Positions 25,386 through 38,377 of a stretch of 62,391 bases of DNA are shown here, in pieces. The notes under the pieces were generated by a model, which was not told where the DNA came from, ran no database searches, and saw only the letters and a list, made by a program, of their open reading frames with translations. A program made the position numbers and the translations under genes. Numbering within the stretch: the first letter of the stretch is position 1; every line of letters starts with the position of its first letter. The stretch is from an uncultured virus (IMG/VR IMGVR_UViG_2061766007_001805). Taxonomy: Duplodnaviria > Heunggongvirae > Uroviricota > Caudoviricetes. The DNA lies in IMG/VR virus record IMGVR_UViG_2061766007_001805; one strand, given 5' to 3'.

Positions 25386-25491
25386 AATGCCCATAGGTAA
25401 GTGGGATAAAGACTGTGGAGGGCAAGGTCACAAGACTCCCTATGAAGCAGTAAGATGTACAAGGCTTTGTGCCAACATGTATATCGTTACC
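25386..25491 (+). ncRNA. Putative omegaRNA/reRNA scaffold region 3' of tnpB
   Basis: GC-richer hairpin-forming segment after the stop codon, conserved in the MITE at 57503-57597; position matches known TnpB reRNAs. Confidence 0.5.
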
Positions 25492-25702
25492 TTTTATTAT
25501 TCCATAGATTAGAGTCTGTTATAATATGTTCATCTGTTTTTATACCTCCTAAGACTATATAATTGCTGTATTTAGATGACATGGCATTATAGTACTCTTC
25601 TATATTGGCATAGTCATCAGTGTTGTGATTAACATCATCTGAAGATTCAATATCCTCATCGGTCAGTTTCAGATCATCAAAATAGTCTTCTTTTAATATC
25701 AT
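25487..25702 (-). pseudogene. 5' remnant of a MILNE-family gene truncated by the TnpB element
   Basis: Similar to the N-terminus of 20025-20768, then runs into the TIR. Confidence 0.85.
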
Positions 25703-26087
25703 ATGGATATGGATAAATCAGTTTCATTATTTATTCTTCGGGAAGATGAAAAGCAATAATCTGCCATAACTGTGTTTCAGGTTAAAAAACAGCAGTTTAT
25801 CACGGATGTGAACAGAAGCCGGTTTGGTAGTCCAGCAGTCCGTTAGTATAGTGTTTCAACAACATCTCTTGATAGTGATTAGATGATATTGTTTTGTAAT
25901 GAAACAAGTAGTTGTTGTTTGGACTGCCAGACATCATATATACAATAAAAAAAAGCACTATCCTCGCGGACAATGCTCTCAGAAATTTTTAAATCTATAA
26001 AAAATGAAACAAAATAAAAACAAATCCTATATATTATAGAGTTGTTTTCTTGAATAGTTTTTTAAAAACTATGTTTTTTATATTTCA

Positions 26088-26780
26088 TTAACATAAAAAA
26101 TATCTTTGTTGTATTTTTTTGTATTCTGCTCTGTTGTTATTAAACAATTCGGATTTTATAGCATCCTTATTTTCCGGAAAAAATATTTCGATTATATTGT
26201 TTATATTGATTAGTATTTCGAATTTGCTGTCACAATTATTAAACAGATTTACTTCAGAGAGTTCTTGTATATTCCGTATAGTTACAATTCTACAATACTT
26301 ATTTTTCTTCCATATATATTTCATTATACTGCCCATGAACTATAAGACATTTTTATATGATTGTTTTTTTGGTATATTGATGAAAAACACTAAAGTCAAA
26401 TAATCAATATCTTTTTTATTTTCGTCTGAAATGATTTCTAATCCATTAACTTTAATGAGAGTACAAGTTTTGTAACCGGTTGCCATATCTTTGTCTGAAA
26501 CTGATTGCAATGTCACTTCTGAAGATTCTATTCCACATGCATTGAATATGTACTGTATTCTCTTTATGATTAATGATATGTTTTGTTTCCACTGATTATG
26601 TTTTATTTTCACTCCTTTCAACTAAATAATAACACTGTATGTGTATTTTGATTTAACATCCATATACCACTCTTGTAGATTAGGATATTCATTGACATGA
26701 GATGTGACGATGCCGTTTGAAGATTTTATGTCATCATCTGTTATTTCTATGTCATCAAAGTAGTTTTCATTTAGTATCAT
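26088..26780 (-). CDS. MILNE-family paralog, 230 aa (code 15)
   Basis: In-frame fragments joined across TAGs at 26340 and 26622. Confidence 0.8.
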
Positions 26781-27177
26781 CTGTATATGGATAAATCAGT
26801 TTTATTATTTATTCTTTATTGTCTGACAATTCACCCTAACTGCGTTACAGGTTAAAAAACAGCAATTTATTGCGGATATTCTGTAGGATCATATAAGAGC
26901 TTTGATAGTTGCTGTCCCGGTAGTCCAACATCATTTCTCTTGATTGAGTATTATCAAGTTGTTCTGCAGCAAAACAAGTGGTTTTGTTTGGACTGCCAGA
27001 CATCATCTTCATAATATAGAAAAGAGCACCATCCTCACGGACTGTGCTCTTTTCTGTAATAACAAATTTATATTTGAACTATTATCTATTATTTTATACT
27101 GCCGTTTTCTTGAATAGTTTTTAAAAATCCGTGTTTTTAATTTTTATTAACAGTCCGTCAAGTTGAAATGCTTATAA

Positions 27178-27933
27178 TCAATCCCAATACCGTTTGTTTA
27201 TCATATCGACTTCAAATTTCGGATAGAAATATTTCCACAACTTATACAGCAGTTGCTTGTCATCAGCAAACAACTCTTTTTTTATAGTCTGTTTGTCTTT
27301 TTCAGGAAAGGACAAATATAATATGTCTATTAAATTTGCTATTCTGACTGTATGGTGGTTATCGCTCTTATATAAATAACTGTATTCATTAACATTGATA
27401 TTACCTAAGAAAAAATCCTTATACTCTAACTGTTCAGAGGTTTTAGTATTCCACAGGCAGTTTATAATACTGCTGACAAACTTGCAGACACTTTTATATG
27501 ATTTCGCTTCCGAAAAATTGAAGAATACCGGCAAATAGACCGGCAATGATTTAATACTGTATTCCTATTTATTTTTCTTTGAGATTAATTTATAATCGTA
27601 GAAATCACGGAAGGTGCATCCTTCATATCCGCTCATATTATACAGGGTTGAATCTTGCAGTATTGCTGATTCTGAATAACATTCTGCACCGTATGCATCG
27701 AATACATACTGAAGATGTTTTATAATATAGTCGATAATCTATTTCCACTTTTGGTATTCTTCAGAAAATGTACCATTAGTTGTTAACATGATAAGCAGAT
27801 AATTATTATATCTTGACTTTATATATTCAAACCATTCTTCAGTGTTCTGTAGTACTGAAGGTGCAATATCATCAGTTGAGTCAGGTTCTGGTTCTATGTT
27901 CTGATCATCAAAAAAATCTTCGTTCAATATCAT
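27178..27933 (-). CDS. MILNE-family paralog, 251 aa (code 15)
   Basis: In frame across 2 TAG. Confidence 0.85.
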
Positions 27934-28130
27934 CTGTATATGGATAAATCGGTTTCATTATTTATTCTACATTGGACAGTAAAGTTACTCCTGTCAAAAA
28001 AACAGCGGTTTATCACGGTTTATTAATATGTTCATAAAAACCTTTGAGAGTTGCCGATCTGGTAGTCCAACATCATTATAGTTGTTCTGCAACAAAACAA
28101 TTTTTTTACTGCAGACTACCGTACATCATT

Positions 28131-28850
28131 TTATAAACTCTACCGCCAATAACTGAAACATCTAAGCAGTTTGTTCAGTAATGCAACATTATCAGCGTAC
28201 AGTTCCTGAGTTATGGTCGCGCTCTTTTCCGGAAAGAACAGATTGATTATCGATATTATGTCTGAAACGGCTATTACGGAGTCCCTGGAGAAATTCCAGT
28301 TATACACCACCGATTCGAACCCCCACACATTGAAGTCTCCGTAAGTATAATCCTTTATCGTGTCGTTCTGGATATAACCCAAGATACTGCTGATAAACAT
28401 ACATGCTCTTTTATATGTTTTCACTTCCGGAAGATTGAAGAATATAACTACGGAAATAGTATTGTTAGACCTATCTACAATTTCCGCCGTCTTGTAGTAG
28501 TTTGATATGAGCTTATACCCGTTATAGTCGATGAAGTTGTACTTGAAATAGCCATTCTATAAGTTTTGCTTTGTATATCTGTGTTCCTACAATGTAGGCT
28601 CTGAATATTCTATTCCGTATACATCGAACATATAGAACAGTCTTTTTATTATAGGCTTCGGTTTCAATTTCCACGAAATGTCCCGCTTCAGCGGTATCTC
28701 TATACAGTGAGCGTACTTAGACTTCATATCCATAAACCATTCTTCAGTAGTATCATACTCTTTGTTATGGGATACGGCAATGTCATCTGAAGATTCAATA
28801 TCCTCATTGGTCAGTTTCAGATCATCAAAGTAGTTTTCATTCAGTATCAT
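28131..28850 (-). CDS. MILNE-family paralog, 239 aa (code 15)
   Basis: EPTL-TAG aligns with EPTLQ in paralogs. Confidence 0.85.
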
Positions 28851-29037
28851 CTGTATATGGATAAATCGGTTTCATTATTTATACAGGGAGATGTAAATAC
28901 GGCGGTTTGACATGGATGTTCTTATGTTCATACAGAACCATTGAAAGTTGCCGGTCAGGTAGTCCAACATCATATAGTTGTTCTGTAGTGAAACATTTTT
29001 TACTATACCACCACACACATCATCTCGTTGAACTATA

Positions 29038-29769
29038 TCAATTGATATCATACGGTTCGGAACAGAAACACTTCAGCAGTTTGTTCAGCAATGTATTGTT
29101 ATCAGCATGCAGTTCTTGACTTATAGTCGAACTCTTTTCCGGAAAGAACATTTTGAGTATTATTTCTATGTCTGCTGCAGCATGATTTATATTACTCATA
29201 GAACTTATAGAGTATTGTCTCCCGTATATCTCCGGTTCAAAATCCCATATGTTAAAATATCCGTAATTCTAATCAATTATCTTGTAGTTCTATATACATC
29301 TCAAGATATTGCTGATAAAGACACACGCAGCTTTGTACGAGTGAACTTCCGGAAGATTGAAGAATATAACTACGGAAATATTATTGCAACTGTTATCCAC
29401 ATCTATCAGAGACTTGTAGTTTGATATGAGCTTAAAACCGTTATAGTCAATGAAGTTACACTTGGAATAGTTATTTCGGAAATTTTTCTATGTCTTTACA
29501 ATTTCTTGCAACACAGGCTCTGAGTATTCTATACTGTATGCATCAAATATATAGAACAGTCTTTTCAGTATAAGTGACAGATTCCATTTCCACTGATGTT
29601 TATGCCTCAGCGGTATCTCAATACAGTGAGCATACTTAGACTTCATATCCGTGAACATCTGCTCCGGATTGTCATACTCATTGTTATTGGATATGGCAAT
29701 GTCTTCTGAAGATTCAATATCCTCATCGGTCAGTTTCAGATCATCAAAGTAGTTTTCGTTCAATCTCAT
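29038..29769 (-). CDS. MILNE-family paralog, 243 aa (code 15)
   Basis: Frame open apart from 3 TAG. Confidence 0.85.
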
Positions 29770-29872
29770 CTGTATATGGATAAAGTAGTTTCATTATTTA
29801 TTCTTTATTGACCGACAAATCACTTTTACTGCGGACTACCGGACATCATCTCATTGAACTCTATCAATTGTC

Positions 29873-30067
29873 TTAAAAGCATCTCAGTCGCTTGTTCAGC
29901 AATGTATTGTCATCAGTGAAAAGTTTCTCTCTTATATTGGACCTCATATCCATAAACCAGTCTTCTGGAGTAGCATACTTGTTGTTATGAGATATGGTAA
30001 TGCCATCTGAAGATTCAATATCATCAGTCAGTTTCAGATTATCAAAGTAGTTTTCATTCAATATCAT
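29873..30067 (-). pseudogene. Internally deleted family gene (64 aa; N-terminal leader fused in frame to the C-terminal helix)
   Basis: MILNENYF...DMRSN joined directly to IREKLF...LRCF. Confidence 0.8.
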
Positions 30068-30278
30068 CTTGTATATGGATAAATCAATTTCATTATTTAT
30101 ACTATATGTCAGCTGGTGAGACACCCTTGTCAAAAAACAAAACAGTAGTTCATCATGATCATAAAAGAACATCCAAAGATTTGACGGTTTATCAGTCCAA
30201 CATCATATAGTTGTTCTGTAACAAAACATTTTTACTGCGGACTATCATACATCATCTCATTGAACTATATCAATTGTC

Positions 30279-30977
30279 TTAAAAGCATTTCAGCAGCTTG
30301 TTCAGCAATGCATGGTCATCAGCGAACAGTTCATCTCTTATATCACCCTTTTCCGGAAAGAATATTCTGATTATCGATATTATGTCTATGACTCCCATTG
30401 AATTTTTAAACATGGTAATATTTCTCTTATCCGCTATCGATTCAAAATTCCAGATATTGAAATCTTTGAAATGCAAATCCCTTATCTTGTCATTCAATAA
30501 ACAATTTATTATACTGCTGATGAAGGTACATGTTGCCTTGTATGAGTAGTCTTTTGGAAGATTGAAGAATATAACTACGGATATAGTAATGCTACTATTA
30601 TCCACATCTTCTACCGTCTTGTGCCTTGATGATATGAACTTATATCCGTTATAGTCGATGAAGTTACACTGGGAATAACCATTATCTAAGTTGTTTTCTA
30701 CATTTATGAGTTCCTGTAATGTAGGCTCTGAGTATTCCATTCCATATACATCAAATACATAGAATAACCTTTTTATTATAAGTTTCGGGTTCACTTTCCA
30801 CTGAACATCTCGCTTTAGCGGTATATCAATACAGTGGATGTACTTGGACTTTATGTCAGCAAACCATTCTTCAGGAGTAGCATACTCATTGTTATTGGAT
30901 ATGGCAATGCCATCTGGAGATTCAATATCTTCATCGGTCAGTTTCAGATCATCAAAGTAGTTTTCATTCAATATCAT
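30279..30977 (-). CDS. MILNE-family paralog, 232 aa
   Basis: Intact ORF. Confidence 0.9.
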   Translation of the reverse strand: MILNENYFDDLKLTDEDIESPDGIAISNNNEYATPEEWFADIKSKYIHCIDIPLKRDVQWKVNPKLIIKRLFYVFDVYGMEYSEPTLQELINVENNLDNGYSQCNFIDYNGYKFISSRHKTVEDVDNSSITISVVIFFNLPKDYSYKATCTFISSIINCLLNDKIRDLHFKDFNIWNFESIADKRNITMFKNSMGVIDIISIIRIFFPEKGDIRDELFADDHALLNKLLKCF

Positions 30978-31175
30978 CTGTGTATGGATAAATCAGTTTC
31001 ATTATTTATTCTATGACGGACAGTAAAGTCACTCCTGTCAAAAAAACAGCGGTTTATCACGGATTAAAAAACATAGATGACATCAAGTTCATTGGCAGTG
31101 ACTGTTCGGTAGTCCAACATCATATAGTTGTTCTGTAATGAAACAATGTTTTACTGCATACTACCGCACAACATC

Positions 31176-31904
31176 TTATGAGAATTTATATGGTTTGATG
31201 TATTTCAGCAGTTTGTTCAGCAATGCATTGTCGTCAGTGTGCAGTTCCTCTCTTATAGTCTCACTCTTTTCCGGAAAGAACATAGTGATTGCTGATTCTA
31301 TGTATGATGCGATGGTTCTCTTATAATTCATATAATTCGCGGAGAAGCTTCTCTTCTGCGGCACCGGATCGAAATACCGTATAATGAAATAACCTGAAGT
31401 CATATGCTTTATGCTGTTATTCTGGATACAACTAAAGATATTGCTGATGAAGACACATACTGACTTGTACGAGCGGATTTCCGGAAGATTGAAGAATACA
31501 ACTAAGGAAATAGTATTTTTAGCCCTATCCACAATTTCTTGAGTCTTGTAGTGGTTTGATATGAGCTTATACCCGTTATAGTCAATGAAGTTGCACTTAG
31601 AATAGTCATTCTATAAGTTTTGCTCTATATATATATGTTCCTGCAATGTAGGTTCTGAGTATTCTATTCCGTATGCATTAAACATATAGAGCAGTCTTTT
31701 TATTATAGGCTTCGGATTCAATTTCCACGAAATGTCCCGCTTCAACTGTATCTCTATACAGTGAGCATACTTGGACTTCATATCCACAAACCAGTCTTTA
31801 GGAGTAGCATACTCATTGTTATGAGATATGACAATGTCATCCGAAGATTTTATGTCGTCATCTGTCAGTTTCAGATCATCAAAGTAGTTTTCATTCAGTA
31901 TCAT
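31176..31904 (-). CDS. MILNE-family paralog, 242 aa (code 15)
   Basis: One in-frame TAG at 31611. Confidence 0.85.
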
Positions 31905-32145
31905 CTGTATATGGATAAAGTGGTTTCATTATTTATTCTCTATGTATGATGTCCGGCAAGTCCAGATCATGCATACATGAATAAAAAACAGCAGTTTATT
32001 GTGGATAACCTGATGATTAATTGAGAGTTCTTCAGAGATACTGGTTTGGCAGTCCAACATCATATAGTTGTTCTGTAGTGAAACAATGTTTTAGACTACC
32101 GCACATCATTTTATGAAACTCTACCACTAATTGTCGTTATACTAT

Positions 32146-32853
32146 TCAAAAACGGAAGCATTTAAGCAGCTTGTTCAGCAATGCATAGTCGTCAGCATAC
32201 AGTTCCTGAGTTATGGTCGCCCTCTTTTCAGGGAAGAACAAATTGATTATCGTTATTATGTCTGACACAGTTATCATACAATTCCCGAAGAATTTTCTTT
32301 TATATGCCACCGGTTCGAAATTCCATACATTGAAATAACTGTAAATCAAATCTTCTATCCTGTCATTCTGGATATAATTCAAGATATTGCTGATAAAGAC
32401 ACATGCAGCCTTGTATGAGTGAATAACTGGAAGATTGAAGAATATAACTATGGAAATAGTAATATTATTGCAACTGCTATTCACCTCTTCCAGAGTCTTG
32501 AAGTCTGATATGAGCTTAAAACCATTATAGTCGATGAAGTTGCAATCGGAATAGTTATCATGTAAAAAATTCTATATCTTTACGGTTTCCTGTAACACAG
32601 GCTCCGAGTATTCTATACTGTATACATCAAACACATAGAATAGATTTTTTAGTATAAGTGTCAAGTCCCATTTCCACTAATATTTCTGCTTCAGCGGTAT
32701 CTCAATGCAGTGAGCATACTTGGACTTTATGTCCATGAACATCTGTTCCGGATTATCATACTTGTTGTATGAAGACGAAGCATTAACTTCTGAAGATTCA
32801 ATATCGTCATCTGTGATTTCAATGTCCTTAAAGTAGTCTTCGTTCAAGATCAT
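32146..32853 (-). CDS. MILNE-family paralog, 235 aa (code 15)
   Basis: Frame open apart from 2 TAG. Confidence 0.85.
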
Positions 32854-33063
32854 ATGTATAGTAGTTTAATATGGTTTCCTTATTTATTCTCTATGTATAA
32901 CATCCTATAATTTTCCATAACTACGCTTCAGGTTAAAAAACAGCAGTTTATCACGGATATCCTGATGAGCAGGAGATTTACCGGTTTGGTAGTCCAACAT
33001 CATATAGTTGTTCTGTAGTGAAACAATGTTTTAGACTATCACACATCATCTAATTGAACTCTA

Positions 33064-33768
33064 TCAATTGTCGTTATACTGTCCGAAGCATCTCAGCAGT
33101 TTGTGCATCAATGCCTTGTTATCAGCATACAGTTCCTTTTCTATATCATCATATTTCTTTTCCGGGAAGAATAGTTTGATTATTGTTTCTATCATCCTAT
33201 AATTCATATATTTACTGGGGAGGAATTTCCTTCCATACGGCACCGTGTTTGAATCCCATATAAGGAAAGAACCTAAAGTCATATCCCTGATACAACTCAA
33301 GATATTGCTGATGAAGAGACATGCTGCTTTGTATGAGTGAACTTCCGGAAGATTGAAAAATATAACTATGGATAAAGTATTGTAATTCTTATCCATATCT
33401 TCTATAGTCTTGTACTTTGATGATATGAGCTTATAGCCGTTATAATCGATGATGTTACACTGGGAATAGCCACTCATTAAGTTGTCCTCCACATGTATGA
33501 AATCCTGCAATGTAGGCTCTGAGTATTCCATTCCGTATGCATCAAACATATATAACAGTCTTTTCAGTATAAGTGGAAAATTCTATTTCCATTGATATTC
33601 CTGACTCAGTGGTATCTCAATGCAGTAAGTGTATCTGGACTTCATGCCGGCGAACCATTCTTCAAGAGTAGCATACTTGTCATATGAAGACAGAACATCA
33701 TCTTCTGAAGAGTTTATGTCGTCATCTGTGATTTCAATGTCCTTAAAGTAGTCTTCGTTCAGTATCAT
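33064..33768 (-). CDS. MILNE-family paralog, 234 aa (code 15)
   Basis: One TAG at 33583. Confidence 0.85.
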
Positions 33769-33932
33769 CTGTATATGGATAAATCAGTTTCATTATTTAT
33801 ACTTTATGTCGGCTGAAGCATTCATCCTTGTCAAAAAACAAAACAGCAGTTCATCGCGTTCATAAAGGAATATCAAAGTTTTTACCGGTTTGTCAGTCCA
33901 ACATCATATAATTGTTCTGTAACAAAACAATT

Positions 33933-34652
33933 TTACTGTGGACTACCAGACATCATCTCATTGGACTATACGTTCCGGAAACATCTAAGCAGCTTGTTCA
34001 GCAATGCATTGTTATCAGCCAGTTCCTCTTCTATATCATCATATTTCTTTTTCGGAAAGAACAGTTTGATTATTCTTTCTATCATCCAATTATCTATATT
34101 TTTCCTGGTGAAAGTCCTTGCATACGGTACCGGTTTGAACTCCCATATAATGAAATTTCCATAAGTCATATCCTTTATGCTGTTATTCTGGATACAACTA
34201 AATATATTGCTGATGAAGAGACATGCAGCTTTGTATGAGTGGATTTCCGGAAAATTGAAGAATATAACTACGGATATATCAGTGTCACTCTTATTCACAT
34301 CTTCTATAGTCTTGTACTTTGATGATATGAGCTTATAGCCGTTATAGTCGATGAAGTTACACTGAGAATAGCCATTCTCTAAGTTGTTCTGCAATGTAGG
34401 CTCTGAATATTCCATTCCGTATGTATCAAATATATATAACAATCTTTTCAGTATAAGCGGAAGATTCCATTTCAACTTACAGTTCAGATTCAGCAGTATC
34501 TCAATGCAGTGAGTGTACTTAGACTTCATATCAGCAAACCATTCTTCAGGAGTAGCATACTTGTTGTATGAAGACGGAACATCATCTTCTGAAGATTCAA
34601 TATCCTCATCTGTGATTTCAATGTCCTTAAAGTAGTCTTCGTTCAATATCAT
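33933..34652 (-). CDS. MILNE-family paralog, 239 aa (228 aa if the TAG at 33966 terminates)
   Basis: Intact family ORF. Confidence 0.85.
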
Positions 34653-34826
34653 CTGTATATGGATAAATTAGTTTCATTTATATCGGCTGGTGAGCCATCA
34701 CAGCAGTTCATCGTGGTCATAAAAGAACATCCAAAAAGTTGTCGGTTCGGTAGTCCAACATCATATAATTGTTCTGTAACAAAACAATTTTACTGCGGAC
34801 TATCAGACATCATCTCATAATTGCCG

Positions 34827-35537
34827 TTATATGTTCCGAAGGAAGCATCTCTGCAGTTTGTTCAGCAATGCATTGTCGTCAGCGTACAGTTCCTCTTCTA
34901 TATCACTATATTTCTTTTCCGGGAAGAACATTTTGATTATCGGTATTATATCTGCCGTGGATATTACACGATTCCTGGAGAAGCTCTTCGCATATGGCAC
35001 TGTTTTAGAAATCCATATAATGAAATAACTTGCAGTCATATTCTTTATGCTGTTATTCCGGATACAACTCAAGATCTTGCTGATGAAGAGACATGCTGAC
35101 TTGTACGAGTGGACTTCCGGAAGATTGAAGAATATAACTATGGAAATATCATTGCTACTGTTATCCACCTCTTCCAGAGTCTTACGCTTTGATATGAGCT
35201 TATAACTGTTATAATCGATGAAGTTACATTGAGAATATCCATTCTATAAGTATTGCTCTAATTTTATGTATTCCTGCAATGTAGGCTCTGAATATTCCAT
35301 TCCGTATGCATCGAATACATAGAACAGTTTTTTCAGTATAAGTACCAGGTTCCATTTCCACTGATATTCCCGACTCAGCGGTATCTCAATGCAGTAAGTG
35401 TATCTGGACTTCATGTCAGCAAACCATTCTTCAGGAGTATCATACTTGTCATATGAAGACGAAGCATTGGCTTCTGAAGATTCAATATCTTCATCGGTCA
35501 GTTTCAGATTATCAAAGTAGTCTTCGTTCAGTATCAT
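34827..35537 (-). CDS. MILNE-family paralog, 236 aa (code 15)
   Basis: In frame across the TAG at 35244. Confidence 0.85.
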
Positions 35538-35667
35538 CTGTATATGGATAAAGCGGTTTCATTATTTATTCTATATGATGTATGATGTCCTGTAATCTTC
35601 CGTAAATACGCTCCAGGGTAAAAAACTACAGTTTATCACGGATATCTTGATGATCATTGAAAGATCT

Positions 35668-36453
35668 TCAGAGATACTTAACATCTACCCATTTCGGGTG
35701 TTTCGGACGCAGATACTTCAAATCAGGATAAAAGTATTTCCATATTTTGCACAGCAGTTCTCTGTTGTTAGCATACAGTTTGTCTTCTATGACATCTGTA
35801 TCTATTCCCAAAGCCGAATGGATGATTTCTACTATGTCGTTTATATTGACTATGCGATTTTTCTACTTGTAATAGCTTCTCTGATAATACTGCGTTACAA
35901 GGACGATATGATGCATATCTATATAATCAAACATCTTGCCTTTCCACAAGAATTTCAGTATGATGCTGATTAATTTGCATACTACTCTGTATGACTGTGT
36001 TTTCGGAAAATTAAAGAAGACAGGCATATAGATGCCCCAGTGACGCCGGCTGACTTCCTCAATGGTAGTTTTCGATATGATTTTATAATCATGGAAATCA
36101 TTGAACACACATCCTTCGTAGTCTTTCCCGTATGTAAAAATATAGACTGTATCTTCAAGTATTACTTGTTCTGGACTGTAATACTCCACTTCGTATTCTG
36201 TGAATATATAGCCGAGTCTTTTCTGTATATACGGTACCATCCATTTCCACTTATTGTAGTTATCCTATATTGTGCCGTTATAATTTTTGTCTGTATTTAT
36301 CGGAATGTGCAAGACTGCAGAGTATTTACCTTTAATCTCATTGGCAAACCATTCTTCAGGAGTAGCATACTTGAATGTTGTGTCTTCTTCTGAAGAGTAT
36401 ATGTCGTTATCTGTTATTTCAATATCATCAAAGTAGTCTTCGTTCAGTATCAT
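35668..36453 (-). CDS. MILNE-family paralog, 261 aa (code 15)
   Basis: 2 TAG; C-terminus WKYFYPDLKYLRPKHPKWVD shared with the next gene. Confidence 0.85.
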
Positions 36454-36583
36454 CTGTATATGGATAAAGTAGTTTCATTATTTATTCGGTAACATGCATC
36501 CTGTATAAAAAACAGCAGTTTATTGCGGATAACCCAATGAACATTGAAAGATCTTCAGAGATGCCGGTTTGACAGTCCAGCAA

Positions 36584-37381
36584 TTATGACATCCAGTAGT
36601 TAATCTCATCTACCCATTTCGGGTGTTTTGGGCGCAGATACTTCAAATCTGGATAAAAGTATTTCCATATTCTACACAACAGTTCTCTGTTATTAGCATA
36701 CAGTTTATCTTTTATGACATCTTTATCTATTCCCAAAGACAAGTGAATGATGTTTACTATATCGTTTATATTAACTATACGATTCTTCTTCTTTTCTATG
36801 TAATGACCGCCATACTGTGATCTAAGAACGATTTCCTGCTGTTGCAAATAATCAGCCGGCTTGCCTTCCCACAGGAATTTCAGTATGCTGCTGATTAATT
36901 TGCATACTACTCTGTATGACTATGTTTTCGGGAAATTAAAGAAGACAGGCATGTAGATGAGAAAATCATGATAGTTGTTTATATCTATAGCATCTTCTGA
37001 TATGGATATGATTTTATAATCATGGAAATCATTGAACATACATCCTTTGTAGCCGTTATTGTAATGATAAATCAAGTCTTGCAGTATTACTTGTCCGGGA
37101 TTGTAATACTCCGCTCCACATTCCGTGAATATATAGCCGAGTCTTTTCTGTATATATGGCACAATCTATTTCCAATTATTGTAGTTATCTTGCATTTTGC
37201 AGTTATATTCCTCGTCTGTGTTTATTGGAATGTACAAGACTGTGTATTTACCTTTAATCTCATTGGCAAACCAGTCAGACGGATTGTCATACTTGAATGT
37301 TGCAACAGCACTGTCTTCCGGAGATTCTATATCTTTATCTGTTATTTCAATGTCATCAAAGTAGTCTTCGTTCAGTATCAT
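36584..37381 (-). CDS. MILNE-family paralog, 265 aa (code 15)
   Basis: Three in-frame fragments; PKT-TAG-SY aligns with PKTQSY. Confidence 0.85.
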
Positions 37382-37559
37382 CTGTATATGGATAAATCAA
37401 TTTCATTATTTATTCTATATTGAGCGGTAAATTACCGTTACTACGCACATGTCAAAAAAAACAGCGGTTTATTGCGGATGTCCTGATGTTCATAAAAACC
37501 TTTGGTATTTGTCGGTCCGGTAGTCCAACATCATATAGTTGTTCTGTAACAAAACAATT

Positions 37560-38276
37560 TTACTGCAGACTACCGGACATCATCTCATTGGACTATATCA
37601 ATTGCCGGAAGCATCTAAGCAGCTTGTTCAGCAATGCATTGTTATCAGCGTACAGTTCTTCTTTTATATCATTATATTTCTTTTCCGGGAAGAACATTCT
37701 GATTATTCTTTCTATCATCTTATTATCCATATATTTCCTGGAGATGTTCCACCCATACGGCACCGATTTAAAATCCCATATAATAAAATAACCTGAAGTC
37801 ATATCCTTTATGCTGATACAACTCAAGATATTGCTGATGAATACACATGCTGCTTTGTATGAGTGAATGACTGGAAAATTGAAGAATATAACTACGGATA
37901 TATTAGTGTTAGTCTTATACACAGCTTCCATAGTCTTGTACTTTGATGATATTATCTTATAGCCGTTGTAATCAATAAAGTTACACCGGGAATAGCCATT
38001 CTCTAAGTGGTTATCTACATGCATGAAATCCTGTAATGTAGGCTCTGAGTATTCCATTCCGTATGCATCGAACACATAGAACATCCTTTTCAGTATAAGC
38101 GGTAAGTCCCATTTCCACTTACAGTCTATATTCAGCGGCATCTCAATGCAGTGAGTGTATCTGGACTTCATATCAGCGAACCATTCTTCAGGAGTAGCAT
38201 ACTTATTGTTATTGGATATGGCAATGTCGTCATCTGTTATTTCAATGTCATCAAAGTAGCTTTCGTTCAGAATCAT
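37560..38276 (-). CDS. MILNE-family paralog, 238 aa (227 aa if the TAG at 37593 terminates)
   Basis: Intact family ORF. Confidence 0.85.
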
Positions 38277-38377
38277 CGGTATGGATAATTAGTTTATGTA
38301 TTTATTTCCTGAGAGGTAATGATGTTGGACTGCCTATCATCAGCAGTTATGTAGTTCTGCAGCAGAATGATATGTTA

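Larger units (their letters stand above)
24111..25491 (+). mobile_element. TnpB-only element bounded by 24-bp terminal inverted repeats (GGTAACGATATACGTGTTGACACA / TGTGCCAACATGTATATCGTTACC)
   Basis: TIRs match at 22/24; no transposase inside; interrupts a family gene. Confidence 0.8.
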
